Positions 1 to 12,534 of a stretch of DNA of 64,000 nt are shown piece by piece. The stretch is from Heterodontus francisci (Eukaryota), in contig NC_090395.1 in NCBI RefSeq assembly GCF_036365525.1, forward strand, positions 71,253,232 to 71,317,231, read 5' to 3'. Position 1 is the first letter of the stretch. Each line of letters opens with the position of its first letter. The translations under genes and the position numbers were made by a program. The notes under the pieces are model-generated. The model ran no database searches and had not been told where the DNA came from. It saw nothing but the letters and a program-made list of their open reading frames with translations.

Positions 1-322
1 ACTTAAATCTGCCTCTTTAATTCTTTCTCCTCCTCTGTATCTATTCACGTGCATGTTTATCTTGTATGCATGCTAGCGTGGCTGCGTCACATAGTTTAGT
101 AATTTTAACCGAGTTAGAGTGATAAGGTTAATAAACTTACATCTTTCTTGTTTAAACCTGAGAATACCTGTCTGGTTGGTTCATTTACAATTAGAGAGCA
201 GTGCCTGAGGACTCACTGAGGTGTTAAGCTAAAACACTGTTTTTAAAGTTAAACCCTGTTATGGTCAAACCAGGAAAGGGCCAAGAGGGGAGCCTGAAAC
301 CCCTTCCTCAACCAGCCATAAC
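1..322 (+). mobile_element. 3' part of an LTR (same family as 42281-43173), cut by the window edge
   Basis: AATAAA at ~130 and end ...CATAACA. The block GCTAAAACAC..TTAAACCCTGTTA..G..AAA.CAGG..AGG is shared with the reverse complement of 42285-42372. Confidence 0.55.
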
Positions 323-432
323 AATATGACACTGAGTTGTACATTCTAAACACTTCCTTGGTAAATAAGTTCCTCCTGAATTCTTTATTCTATCTATTGG
401 TGACTATCTTATATTTATGACCACTAGCTTTG

Positions 433-1010
433 AACCATAGAACCATAGAAAAATTACGGCACAGGAGGCCATTCAGCCCGTTGTGTCCATGCTGGTCAAA
501 AAAACTAGCTGTCCAATCTAATCCCACCTTCCAGCACCTGGTCCATAGCCCTGCCGGTTACAGCACTTCAGGTGCATGTCCAGGTATCTTTTAAAAGAAT
601 TGAGGGTTTCTGCCTCCACCACCATTCCTGGCAGTGAATTGCAGACACCCACCACGCTCTGGGTGACAAAGTTTTTCCTCATGACCCCGCTAATCCTTCG
701 ACCAATCACCTTAAATCTGTGCCCCCTGGTAATTAACCTCTCCGCTAGGGGAAACTGGTCCTTCCTGTCTACTCTATCTAGGCCCCTCCTAATTTTGTAC
801 ATCTCTATTAAGTCACCCCTCAGCCTCCTCTGTTCTAAGGAAAACAACCCTAGCCTATCCAATCTTTCCTCATAGCTGCAACTTTCGAGCCCTGGCAACA
901 TTCTTGTAAATCTCCTCTGCACTTTCTCCAGAGCAATTATGTCCTTCCTGTAATATGATGACCAGAACTGTACACAATACATCAACTGTGGCCTAACCAG
1001 CCTAACCAGT
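433..1010 (-). mobile_element. CR1 LINE 3' fragment (ORF2 C-terminus and tail)
   Basis: ORF 518..985 reads YCVQFWS..LEKVQRRFTRMLPGL..YEERLDRLGLFSLEQRRLRGDLIE. Tandem GAACCATA tail at 433-450. Confidence 0.9.
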
Positions 1011-2150
1011 GGTCTCCACTTTGGGCAGAATCACAGTGACTATTCTATTATTCTATGAATCAATAGCAGCAAACCTCTATTAATAAGGCACTGATATTCT
1101 CACTCAGGAAGGGTGGACCATTGGCTGTTATGGATATGCAGAAATGTCACAGTCAAAAAAATCATCTTCTAGCATTGGGGTTAGCGCACATTGTTCAGTC
1201 GGTGGAGTTGGAGTATTTCTCTAACCCATGATATATATTTCTTGGTGATGTGCAATGCTGATACTTGACGCAAAAAGTAATGGGAAAATTTTCCAGCATT
1301 GACAGCTCTTACATTCGTCCAACCAAAATACCTGTTTCGCTGGACCTAAATACCCGCTCCCCCTAAAGAATGTTTGTTAAGGGTCATCAGGAAACAGAAC
1401 AAGGAAAAAAATCCAGGAGTATCAAACAATATTTCAGCAGTAAAGTGAATAAACTCCAACCAGTCTAGAATTACAAAAGGTTGATCATGAATTTATTGAA
1501 ATTCTATTTCACTGAATTACAGAATCACAGAATTGTTACAGCGCTGAAGGAGGCCATTCGGCCCATCGTGTCCGCACTGGCTCTCTGAAACAGCAATTCC
1601 CTCAATCCCATTCCCCTTTCTTCTCCCCATAACCCTACACATTCTTAGGGTGGTGAGTAATCTTTATCTGAAATTATATCTAGATAAGATCCCTCACATC
1701 AGAATGATGGCCAAACTTAAATCTAGCTGATAGGAAACAAAAGTCCTTGGTAATATTTCGAATTGGGAATGTGAAGGATTGGACAAAGAGATGATTAGGA
1801 GCTGGGCAAAGCATGAGCTCTACTTAACCTAGGAGGGAAAGGTAAGTCCAGAACAGTATTTACTTTTCAAGGTATTTCATCCCTTACTCTCCTCAATCAC
1901 TCTGTGGTAATCTATAAGTATGAACTATATGTTCATTCCAAAGTGATTCCATTCACTGTAATGGGAACTGGCACCAAAAACTGCCCTGACAGGCTGCAAG
2001 ATCAACCCACAAAAAGTTATCTGGCTTGCAGCTGTCCCCAGACAAACGTTGAAGAAATTATTGCTGGCTAGTATAGCTTGACTAAAGAAAATTATATTTC
2101 CCTCAATGTTACAAATATAAATGTGACCTCTTCTTTATCCAGATGGAGTT

Positions 2151-2207
2151 GGCGGGGGGAGGGGGGGAGGGGTGGAGGAGTGGGGGAAGGGAGGGGGGAG
2201 GGAGGGA
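2151..2207 (+). repeat. G-rich polypurine tract (G-quadruplex potential)
   Basis: At least seven runs of three or more G in about 57 nt. Confidence 0.6.
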
Positions 2208-2377
2208 GTATTCCCATTGCATTTCCTTGGAACACTCCCCATTCCCCCAAACATGTTTCTCCTCTTCTGCAGGCATTGACCTATATTTGATTACAGTTTC
2301 AACACCATTCACAAATATCTCCCTTTTCATGCTAGTGGGACACTCTTGGTGTTGGGAATCTCACCTGTGTAATGTAG

Positions 2378-2648
2378 TGTTGTGGTAACTTCACCTTTAA
2401 GAAAGCATACCTTTAAGAGACCAAGCCACTGATACAATTGATGATGTCATCATACATATATAAGGAGACACCATTTTGAGAGACACACTCAGCACATGGC
2501 TTACAGAGATCACATGCATACCAATAAGGAAAAGACCTGGATCTGAGATTGTGCAATGTAGATAAATAAGACAATAAATAGTGTTTGTGTTGAATCCAAA
2601 TATAAAGCCTGCGGCTATCATTTAATGACACGAAAACACAGTACAACA
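2378..2648 (+). mobile_element. Solo LTR of a Gypsy- or BEL-type retrotransposon
   Basis: Termini TGTTGT...ACAACA, TATA-like TATATAA at ~2457, AATAAA at ~2573. Flanks ATGTAG/ATGTAA fit a TSD with one mismatch. Confidence 0.65.
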
Positions 2649-2663
2649 ATGTAACCGGGAGAT

Positions 2664-2896
2664 AAAAACAAGAAATGCTGGAACCACTCAGCAGGTCTGG
2701 CAGCATCTGTGGAAAGAGAAGCAGAGTTAACGTTTCGGGTCAGTGACCCTTCTTCGGAAGGGTCGAAGAAGGGTCACTGACCCGAAACGTTAACTCTGCT
2801 TCTTTTTCCACAGATGCTGCCAGACCTGCTGAGTGGTTCCAGCATTTCTTGTTTTTATTTCAGATTTCCAGCATCTGCAGTATTTTGCTTTTACTA
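2664..2896. mobile_element. Fold-back Penelope-terminus element with hammerhead motif (copy A)
   Basis: Two inverted ~95 bp arms matching the PLE 3' end at 12535-12669. 12-bp TSD TAACCGGGAGAT at 2652-2663 and 2897-2908. Confidence 0.9.
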
Positions 2897-3029
2897 TAAC
2901 CGGGAGATCTCGTTTTGATGAAGCCCGACCCAGGAAATGTGTTGAGGTTAGGATGGAGTCAGAGGGACAATTGGAATTCCTACCCTGCCAGAAGTTCACT
3001 TCACAGGGGAGGATTCTCAGCCTTATCTG

Positions 3030-3530
3030 TAACTGTTAGAGAAGTGGTATTAACCTTATATAGAACCTTGATTAGACCACACTTAAGGTACTATGTACAC
3101 TTCCAGTCTCCATGTTACAAAAAGGATATAAAGACATGAGGGAATATGCAAAAAAGGATCATATGAACTGAAAGGTTATACTTATTAGGAAAGGCTAAAC
3201 AAGCTAGGGCTATTTTCTCTTGTGGAGGAGGCCAAAACTAGGAGCCATAAATATAAGATAGTCACTAATATATCCAATGGGCAATTCAGCAGAAACTTGT
3301 TTTTTCTCTAAGAGTGGTTAGAACGTGGAACTGACTACTAAATTGGAGTAGTTCAGACGAATAGTGTAGATGCATTTAATGGGAAGCTAAATAAGCACAG
3401 GAGGGAGAAAGGAGTAGAAGGTTATGCTGATGGGATTAGATGAAGTCGGGTGTGAGGATGCTCAGATGGAACATAAACATGGATCAGTTGGGCTGAATGG
3501 CCTCTTTTAGTGCTGTAAATTCTATATAAT
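3030..3530 (+). mobile_element. Degraded CR1 LINE 3' fragment
   Basis: LYRTLIRPHLRYYVHFQSPCYKKDI peptide and a CR1-type tail GGGCTGAATGGCCT..TGCTGTAAATTCTAT. Confidence 0.75.
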
Positions 3531-3961
3531 TCTCTTTCAAATTACTTTACACTCTCCAGGAAAAGGGCTTCCCCAGGCTGTTTGTGTGAGTTCTAATAAA
3601 GGGTCACAATTTAAACATTAACCTGTCTTTTCTCATTAAGATATGGACCGACTCGCTGGGTATATTCTGCTTTCAGATTCCCAGCAGTCGGAGTTTTGTT
3701 TATAAATCTCGCATGAGAATCTGGACAGTTCCCCATTTGATGAATTAGTCAACCAGAGACTGAAATCCCCAAGGCTCTCTGATTGGATGCATTAAAACTG
3801 CACAAGCACCAAAAACTTAATCCAATTGCGTTCAACCTGAATATTTATTTTTTCAACTAACTGATTTACAGGTACCTCAGCAAGTTCATAACAGAGTGAT
3901 GGCATGCTCAGTCATCTGTAGGACACAGGGAAATGCATGTAAAAGCCAAAAGATATTTGAT

Positions 3962-4165
3962 AGGTCAGGCAGCATCTGTGGAGAGAGAAAGAAAGTTAAC
4001 GTTTCAGGTCAATGACTTTTTATCAGAAAGGTTCTGATGAAAGGTCATTGACCTGAAATGTTAGATCTCTTTCTCTCTCCACATGTGTTGCCTGACTTGC
4101 TGAGCATTTCCAGCATTTTCTACTTTTAGTTCAGATTCTCAGCATCTACAGTATTTTCCTTTTGT
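3962..4165. mobile_element. Older fold-back Penelope-terminus element (copy B)
   Basis: Inverted arms around ~4030 and CTGATGA-A-AGGTC-ATT-GACCT-GAAA at 4034-4058. The possible TSD is degenerate. Confidence 0.8.
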
Positions 4166-4849
4166 AAAGTATATTTGGTAATGTGAGAGAAATAGAACAG
4201 TCAGATTGTACAATAGCATATCAATCTGAAATGTAAAGATAGTCATTGCTAGATTTAAAATCTAGACTAAAGGGTTTAGTGGAGGAAGGCCCTTGTGAAT
4301 ATTTGGTCTAATCCTTTCATAATAGTGAATCTACCATTTGCCCTTTACATATTTCAAAGCCAGCCTTGAAGGCATGTGGACCTCATTTTATCGCCCATAT
4401 GATGGATAACAACTCTGACAAAACAGGACTCCGTCAGCACTGCACATTATGTGCTCAAGTCCTGCTCTCTAGTTCAAAGCCCAGAACCTTCTAACCCAGA
4501 GAAAGAGTACTCCCAGATTGCAGCCATACTTAGAAGGATCGTGGATTGGAGAATTATGATTGCAGCTCTATCTATGATCATGCTATCAAGCTGGCATCGA
4601 ATGAACTGTTGTGGGTAGGCTGGATTTGGCACGAGTTTTGTCTTCCATTGTTTGTAAGTAATCTTAGGCGCTGAATTTACTCTTGTATGTGTCTGGAACT
4701 ACTTGAGCGAGAATTTAGATCAAGCAATTTATACATCTAAGGCACTAATATTATGACAAAGGCCACAAGTCTAACCATGGGTGTTGCTTGGGGACCATTC
4801 TGAGGATTGCTGTAACTTAAATGGGACATTACATTGTGTATACATCACT

Positions 4850-5110
4850 GCAACAGGCCACTCGGCCTAGCTGCTTTGTGCTGGCTTTTATGTTCCACAC
4901 GAGCCTCCTCCCAACCTTCTTAATCCCACCCTGTCAGCATATCCTTCAATTCCTTTCTCCCTCATGTGCTTATCTAACTTCCTCTTATATGCATCTATGC
5001 TATTTGCCTCATATACTCATTTAGCAAGTTCCACATTCTCACCACTCTCTGGGTAAAGAAGTTTCTCCTGAATTCCCTATTGGATTTATTAGTGACTACC
5101 TTATACTTAT
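4850..5110 (-). mobile_element. CR1 3' end fragment
   Basis: Similar to 44255-44301 joined to 48181-48420 (ACCACTCTCTGGGTAAAG..CCTGAATTCCCTATTGGATTTATTAGTGACTA). Confidence 0.7.
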
Positions 5111-5264
5111 GATGATGTGGAATTGCTCGTGCAATTTCCCCAATGCTATTTCAATTCTGCCACTGTGGGGAGTAGCCAACTGAGAGCCAGAAACTTCTTC
5201 ATAAGAAGAAGCAGAAATAAACCCAGTGGGTAAATTCTGTAAACCTGCACTCTAAGGGAAAAGA

Positions 5265-7375
5265 CATGTTCAGTTCCATTCACAACCACTCAGATAATGA
5301 AGCAGTCTGTGCCCACATGCAGCAAGACCAAGACAAAATTCAGGCTTGGGCTGATAAGTGGCAGGTAAAATGTGTGCTACACATGTGCTCAGCAATATTT
5401 GTGCCACACATGTGCCAGGCAATGACCATCTCGAACAAGAGAAGCCCCTTGACAATCAATGCCGTTGCCATAATTGAATCCCCATCATCAACACCCTGAG
5501 AGTGACTAGAAACTTAACTGGACCAGCCAGGTAAATACTGCAGCTACAAAGACAGGTCAGAGGCTGTGTTTTCTGTGGCAAGTAACTCACCTGCTGACCC
5601 CCCCCCCCCACTCCCTCAACCAATGGTGGAGGTCCCACATGTCTGCTGCCCTTGTCCTTCTAAATGGTACAGGTTGTGGGTTTGGAAGGTGCTGTCGAAT
5701 GAGGCATGGTGAATTGCTGCAGTGCATCTTGTAGATGGCATACAGTGCTGCCACTGTGCGTCAGTGGTGGAGGGAGTGAATGTTTTAAGGTGATGGATGG
5801 GGTGCCAATCAAGTGGGTTGCTTTGTCCTAGATGGTGTTGAGTTTCTTGAGTGTTGATGGAGTTGCACCCATCCAGGCAACTGGAGAGTATTCCATCGCA
5901 CTCCTGACTTGTGCCTTGTAGATGGTGGACAGGCTTTAGGGAGTCAAGAGGTGGGTTACTCGCCACAGAATTCCCAGCCTCTGTCCTGCTCCTGTAGCCA
6001 CAGTATTTATGTGGCTGGTCCAGTTCAGTTTCTGGTCAATGGTGATCCCCACAGGATGTTGATAGTGAGGGTATTCAGTGATGGTAATGCCATTGAACAT
6101 CAAGGGGAGATGGTTAGATTCTCTTTTGTTTGAGATGGTCATTGCCAGACACTTGTGTTGTGTGAATGTTACTTGCTACTTATCAGCCCAAGCTTGAATG
6201 TTGTCCAGCTCTTGCTACATATGGACATGGACTGCTTCAGTATCTGAGGAGTTGGGAATGTACGATGTTCAGTACCAGTCATCAGTGAACATCCCCCCTT
6301 CTGACCTTATGATAGAGGGAAGATCATTGATGAAGCAGCTGAAGATGGTTGGGCCTAGGACACTCCCCTGAGGAACTCCTACAGCGATGTCCTGGGGTTG
6401 AGCTGATTGGCCTCCAACAACCACAACCATCTTCCTTTGTGCTAGGTATGATGCCAACCAGCAGTGAGTTTTCCCCTGATTCCCATTGACTCCAGTTTTG
6501 CTAGGGCTCCTTGATGCCACATTCAGTCAAATGCTGCCTTGATGTCAAGAGCAGTCACTCTCACCCCACCTCTGGAGTTCAGCTCTTCTGTCCATGTTTG
6601 GACCAAGGCTGTAATGAGGTCAGGAGCCAAGTGGCCCTAGCAGAACCCAAACTGAGCATCAGTGTGCAGGTTGTTGCAGCTTAAGTGGCACTTGATAGCA
6701 CTATCAATGACCCCTTCCATCACTTTGATGATTGAGGGTAGACTGATGGGGTGGTAATTGGCTGGATGCGATTTGTCCTGCTTTTTGTGGGCAGGACATA
6801 CCTAGGCAATTTTCCACATGTCAGATAGATACCAGTGCTGTGGCTGTACTGGAACAGCTTCTACAAGCCACAAGTCAGGCATATAATGGGATATTCTCCA
6901 TTTACCTGGATGGATGCAGCCTCAACAACATTTAGGAAGCTCGACAACTTCCAGGACAAAGCACCCCATTCACTACCTTAAAAATTCATTCACTTCACCA
7001 CTGGTGCACAGTGGCAGCAGTGTGTGCCATCTACAGGATGCACTGCAGAAAACGTCTAAGGCTTCTTCAACAGCACTTTCCAAACCCACAGCCTCTACCA
7101 CCTAGATGTTAAGGGCAGCAAGCTCATGGGAGCTCCACCACCAGCAAGTTCCCCTCCAAGTCACACACCATCCTGAATTAGTATTATATCAATGTTGCTT
7201 CATTGTCGTTGGGTCAAAATACTGGAATTCCCTACCTAACAGCACTGTGTGTGTATCTAAACAACATGGACTGCAGAAGTTGAAGAAGGTGGCTCACCAC
7301 TAGCTTCTCAACAGCAAATAACATTGGGCAATAAATGCTAGCCTTGCCGCCTACCTACATCCCATGAATGACTAA
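5265..7375. mobile_element. LINE family B: a + copy (5265-5600 and 6860-7375) interrupted by a - copy (~5623-6859)
   Basis: Peptides MQQDQDKIQAWADKWQV (+) and GVPQGSVLGPTIFSCFINDLPSIIRSEGGMFTDD (-). Family tail GGGCAATAAATGCT..CCCATGAATGA at ~7326-7371. Confidence 0.85.
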
Positions 7376-7433
7376 ACAAAAACACAGCAGCTCAGCCAGT
7401 ATCTGAAAACAATGAGAAAAGGACAGGCTAACC

Positions 7434-7751
7434 CAGGGTTGTCCAACCTTTTCGGGCAGAGGGCTGCATTACAATTTTTGCTTGGCCTGGTGGGCTGGTG
7501 AGCAAATTTCAAAAGATAAAGTCATTAAAAATTGATCTTACTAATAAAAACAACAAATATGCATTTTTGAAGAAGCTTCAAATGAGAAGACTAATTTATT
7601 GACAGACTTTCTCGTCATTATATTGAAAACTGATTTAGTGACATACCTGGCATTGTTTTTGCTTTAATAAGTAGTCAATCTCTGCCGGCACATTTGATGT
7701 AGCGAAGCAGAGCATTCCGGATAGATATCCATCTGTCAGGAGTGATCTTGA

Positions 7752-7783
<32 letters not shown>

Positions 7784-8583
7784 CCTGTCTCCCCCCTCTC
7801 TGTGTCATTCTCCTCTCTCAGTATTGTTCCCCCCCGCCCCGTGTTGTCCTCACTGTGTTCCCCTCTCTGTCATGCCCTCTCTGTCCCCCCCCCTCTATAT
7901 CCCCGACCTCTCTCTGTCCCCCCACCCCTCTCTCTTTTCCCCCCTCGCTCTGTTCCCCCCCCCTCACTTTGTTTCACCCTCTCTCTTTTTTCCCCTCGCT
8001 CTTTTAAAAAAAGTCAGAAAACCCTGAATCTCTGCAATGTTGGGAAGCGCATTCCTGCTTCAGCAGCTGTCAGCTGTGAAACTGACAGAGCGATGTTTTT
8101 AAAAAGACCGCTCTGCAAGACAAATACAAAGGGTGGCACAGTGGCGCAGTGGTTAGCATCACAGCCTCACAGCTCTAGTGACCTGGGTTCAATTCTGGGC
8201 ACTGCCTGTGTGGAGTTTGTAAGTTCTCCCTGTGACTGCGTGGGTTTCCACCAGGTGCTCTGGTTTCCTCCCACAGCCAAAGACTTGAAGGTTGATAGGT
8301 AAATTGCCACTAGTGGTGGTAGGAGAATGGTGGGGATGTGGTAGAGAATATGGGGTTAATGTAGGATGTGTATAAATGGGTGGTTGTTGGTCAGCACAGA
8401 CTTGGTGGGCTGAAGGGCCTGTTGCAGTGCTGTATCTCTAAATATAAATAAAAGAGAAATTTCTCATTTCCTGTCACAAAACCCTGGTGAGGATGAGGAA
8501 CAACCCTGGGTGCAGTTTACACTTGCGGGCCAGATGGGAATCTTTGGGGGCCTGGATTGTGGGCTGTATGTTGGACAACCCTG
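7434..8583. mobile_element. Non-autonomous hAT DNA transposon with nested SINE
   Basis: Perfect 14-bp TIRs CAGGGTTGTCCAAC / GTTGGACAACCCTG. 8-bp TSD GGCTAACC (7426-7433) / GGCTAACT (8584-8591). Internal CT-rich tract at 7752-8000. Confidence 0.9.
8131..8452 (+). mobile_element. HE1-type tRNA-derived V-SINE
   Basis: A box GTGGCGCAGTGG, B box GGGTTCAATTCT, V-domain TGTGTGGAGTTTG..GGTTTCCTCCCACAGCCAAAGAC and a CR1-type tail. Three copies in the window. Confidence 0.9.
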
Positions 8584-9134
8584 GGCTAACTTTTCCCATC
8601 CGATCAGAGCTGTTAAGATATAAGGCTTAGCAACAGCATTTACCCAATGGAGAAGACCCTTCTCTAGGTGTCCTAGTGGTACATTATGATAAGAACAGGA
8701 GGAGGCCATTCAGCCCCTTAAGCCTGTTCTTACATTCAATTAGGTCCTGACTGATCTGTATCTTAACTCTGTTTTTCTGCCTTGGTTCTGTAACCCTTAA
8801 TACAGGCAGGGTAGGACTCACAGCAAGTTTATTTTACACCAAACAGAGTCTAGTTAAGCAGCACATGACAGCAAACAATCTACAGAGTCTACTCAAAAAG
8901 TGTCTCTACAAATTTCAGTAAACAGAATTTGTGACTGAAACCCCAGCAATGTTTCCTGATCCATGCAGGACGATGCTTCCAGCAAAATGCAGTGAGTGGA
9001 GGAAGGTTGCATAGTACAAATTAGGTGCATAAAGTCAATCCCAGTCAGTTAGAGCAGTGCAGTCTCCAGGCGTGATTGACAGGTCCATTACTCAATCATC
9101 ACTATTCTGTTGGGAATAGTGGTGTCACTAAATA

Positions 9135-9231
9135 AAAACAAGAAATGCTGGAAATACTCAGCAGGTCTGGCAGCATCTGTGGAGAGCGAAGCAGAGTTAA
9201 CGTTTCAGGTCCGTGACCCTTCATCAGAACT
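9135..9231 (-). mobile_element. Single-arm Penelope-terminus element with canonical hammerhead core (copy C)
   Basis: Minus strand 9231-9195 reads AGTT-CTGATGA-A-GGGTC-ACG-GACCT-GAAACGTT-AACT. ACTAAATA is duplicated at 9127-9134 and 9229-9236. Confidence 0.85.
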
Positions 9232-10277
9232 AAATATGCAGCTCTGAAAATCTGCCCATGCTCAAGGTCTGTGCCCTGTTAAATAGACAACACATTGTAC
9301 ATCTTTGTGGAACTTGGGTTTTAAAGTGTCCTCTAATAAACCCTTACACTAGCTTTGAAAGAGGTGAATGTAGGATGACAGAATGCTATATTTGGCTGTG
9401 TCCTGTTATTTCTGCTTGTTGTGCAGTCCACAATATGCCACATCTGTGAGTTTTCTGTGAATCAAGAACAAACGAGACCCAAGGAGCTTAAGGGAACTCT
9501 GATTAGATTTTTAAAAGCAATTCTGTTCTGTAACAGCCAATCTGCTGCTAAAATATAACCTGCCATTGGAGTAGGGGTTAGAGTGAAGTATAGTTTGAAG
9601 CAAATAGAGGTGGAATTCAAAATGTTTCTTTCCCTCTTCCAGTGAAGGATATGCTTCAGTGGTCGGAGAGAATGAAAGAAACAATCGCATTGCAACATTT
9701 TCAACAAGGCTCATCAATGACAGATTGGACAAGACAAGAAGCCCTAGACCCCCAATCTTGACCCTTTTGCCCCTGCTTTCCACCCCCGCCCCCCCCCCCC
9801 CCCACCCCACCATGCCTAATGTGGATGGAGCTTGCGGGGGTGGGGGGTGTGGTTAAAATGACCAAGTCACCTAGCATTGTGTCACTCCCCATTTTAACAG
9901 GCGCATTCTAGCCAGCTCACAAGGCCTCATTGAAATTCAAAAGTCAGCGTTATGACCCTGATTATATTTTAACAATGGACAGTTTTGACACATTGCTTGA
10001 GCATTTTCTCAAGAAACTTGCTGCTCTTCTGCAAATAATTATCTCTGAAAGATATATGGCTAGATTTATCCTCCAGCTGTAGAGGGAGATGCTGAGAGAG
10101 GTCAGTAGAGGATTGTGCCAGAGCTTCCGCCCACTATCATGACCCCCATCACAACCTCAGTCACATCACCAACCTGCCTTGATGGTTTGTAGCTCCTTAA
10201 CCGTGCAGGCCCAAACATGGAGTCTCTGTCAATGAGGAAAATGTAGCAGAGTGATACTGCAGTGCCAGGAAGAGGAA

Positions 10278-10730
10278 GAATCATAGCAAGTTTACAACAC
10301 AGAAAGAGGCCACTTGGCCCATCGTGTCTGCACTGGCTGAAAAACGAGCCACTGAGCCTAATCCCACTTTCCAGCATTGGGTCTGTAGCCCTGCAGATTA
10401 CTGCACTTGAGGTGCAACTCCAGACTCCTTTTAAATGAGTTGAGAGTTTCTGCCCTTACAAGCAGTGAGTTCCAGACCCCCATCACCCTCTGGGTGAAAT
10501 GTTTTTTTCCTCATCTCCCCTCTAACTTTTTACCAATCACTTTAAATCTATGCACTCTAGTCACTGACCTCTCTGCTAAGGTAAATACACCCTTCCCAAC
10601 CACTCTTTCCAGGTCCCTCACAACTTTGTACATCTGAATCAAATCTCCTCTCAGCCTCCTCTGTTCCAAGGAGAACAACACCAGCCTATCCAATCTTTCC
10701 TCATAGCTGCATTTTTCCAGTGCTGGCAAA
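10278..10730 (-). mobile_element. CR1 LINE 3' fragment
   Basis: YEERLDRLVLFSLEQRRLRGDLIQMYK peptide; similar to 433-1010. Confidence 0.85.
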
Positions 10731-10859
10731 GCCAACTTAAAAAGCAGACAAAAAAACCTCAAAGATTTTTGGGGGTCGATCTTTTTTGGGTGCAATTGGG
10801 AAATGTGATTGAGATTGTGCTGATTCGGTTACATTTCATGTTAAAACTGATTTACATGA

Positions 10860-11283
10860 TAGTGACTCATTTGGAATCACTCCTGCCTCTAAACTAAAAG
10901 GGTATGGGTTCAAGTCCTAATCTAGGAATTGAGTCCAAAACTCAAGGCTGACACTCCAGTGTAGTCTTTCATATAAGATGGTAAGCTGAGGTGCGAACTG
11001 CCCTCTCAGGTGGATGTAAAGGATCCCATAGCATTATTTGAAGAAGAGCAGGGGAGTTCTCCGCAGTGCCTCGCCAACATTTATCCTTCAATCAACATCC
11101 CAAAAAACAGATCATCTTGTCATTCTCATATTGCTGTTTGTGGGAGCTTGCTGCATTCAAATTGGCTGCCACATTCCCTACATTACAGCAGTACGAAACT
11201 TCTAAAGAAATACTTAATTGGCTGAAAAGCACTTTAGGACATCCTGAGGTAGTGAAAGGTGCTATAGAAATGCAAGTCTTTTT
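10860..11283 (+). mobile_element. Deu-domain SINE (SacSINE1/AmnSINE1-like) with L2-type tail
   Basis: B box GGGTTCAAGTCC, body CTCTCAGGTGGATGTAAAGGATCCCAT..GAAGAAGAGCAGGGGAGTTCTCC and tail GCTATAGAAATGCAAGTCTTT. Confidence 0.8.
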
Positions 11284-11379
11284 AATCACAACTGTAAACT
11301 CTTTCATGCATCAGCACAATGGAACAGCAGAATAGAATGTAATCGTTTCTTGATTTTCTCTTTCCATTATTCCTTGATG

Positions 11380-12000
11380 TATTTAAGTGTGGTTACCTGG
11401 TGCCGTTTTATTAATTTAACCCTTGGAGTCCAGATGTCATTCTGGTAAATCCGTGCTGCATTCCTTCCAAGGCTAATATATCCTTCCTAAGGTTTGATGC
11501 CTGTAACTGCTCACAATACTCAAGAGCTTTGCATATAGCTAAAGCATGTCTTCTATACCCTTGTATTATGGTCCTTTAGGTATAAAAGGCAGCACCACAT
11601 TAGGCTTTTTAATTATTTTCTGTTACCTGTTCATGACATTTTACTCATCTATGTACCTTGACCCACAATTCTCTTTGGACCTCCAATATTTCTTGCTTTT
11701 CACCATTTAGAAAGTGTCCTGTTCTATCCTTTTTAGGTCCAAAATGGATGGTCTCAAATTTGCACTCATTCACGAAGAAGGAGGCCATTTGGCCCTTCTT
11801 TCCTGTGTTCGCTCTTCTATCCAATTAGTCAATCTCACCTGCTCTTTCGCCATTCCCCTGCAAGTTTTTCCCCTTCAAATATTTATCTCATTCTCATTTG
11901 AAAGTTATTATTGAATCTACGTCTACCATCCTTTCAGGGAGTGCATTCCAGATCATAACAACTCAGAAAGAAAATTCTCTTTTCCCCTCTGGGTCTTTTT
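11380..12000 (-). mobile_element. Degraded CR1 fragments
   Basis: CR1-like RT C-terminal and tail motifs (GGAGGCCATTTGGCCC, GTGCATTCCAGATCATAACAACTC). Confidence 0.55.
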
Positions 12001-12534
12001 ACTTTCTCCCTTTTTCAGCCGCATGCACCTGTATTTGATGCAAAAATAAAACTTCTGAAATCATCCGATGCTTCAGTTATTCCACAGATGGTGTTGGCTC
12101 CTTTAGGCACTGAATAATGAATCTACATGACGTTTCTATACAGCTTGGTGTATCACTAAATCCTTTCATCATATCTATTTCAAATCTCCCTTTCTCTGAA
12201 TCATAATCGTCTTTACCTGTCAGTTATATAAAGCTCTGATCAGACCCCGTCTGGAGTAACTGCATTCAGTTCTGGGCACTGTGCCTCAGGATGGATATTC
12301 TGGCCTTGGAGGGAGAACAGCACAGATTCATCACAATGATACCAGGGCTGAAAGGGTGATATTAGGAGGACAGTTTGCATAGACTAGGCTTGTATTCCCT
12401 CAAGTATAGAATATTAAGGAGTGATCACATTGAGGGGTTTTGATTAAAAGATTTGATAGGGTAGATAGAGAGAAACTCTGGCAAGGTAGGCTAGACGGGA
12501 ATGCATGAACACAATCACAGGTAATGTCCAGAAA

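Noticed and set aside
8131-8200. tRNA genes at SINE heads (also 53173, 59054, 48180)
   Set aside because: A and B boxes continue into SINE or LINE bodies with no complete cloverleaf or terminator.
7742-8302. 186-aa Pro/Ser/Leu-rich ORF
   Set aside because: It is the translation of a CT-rich low-complexity tract running into a SINE.
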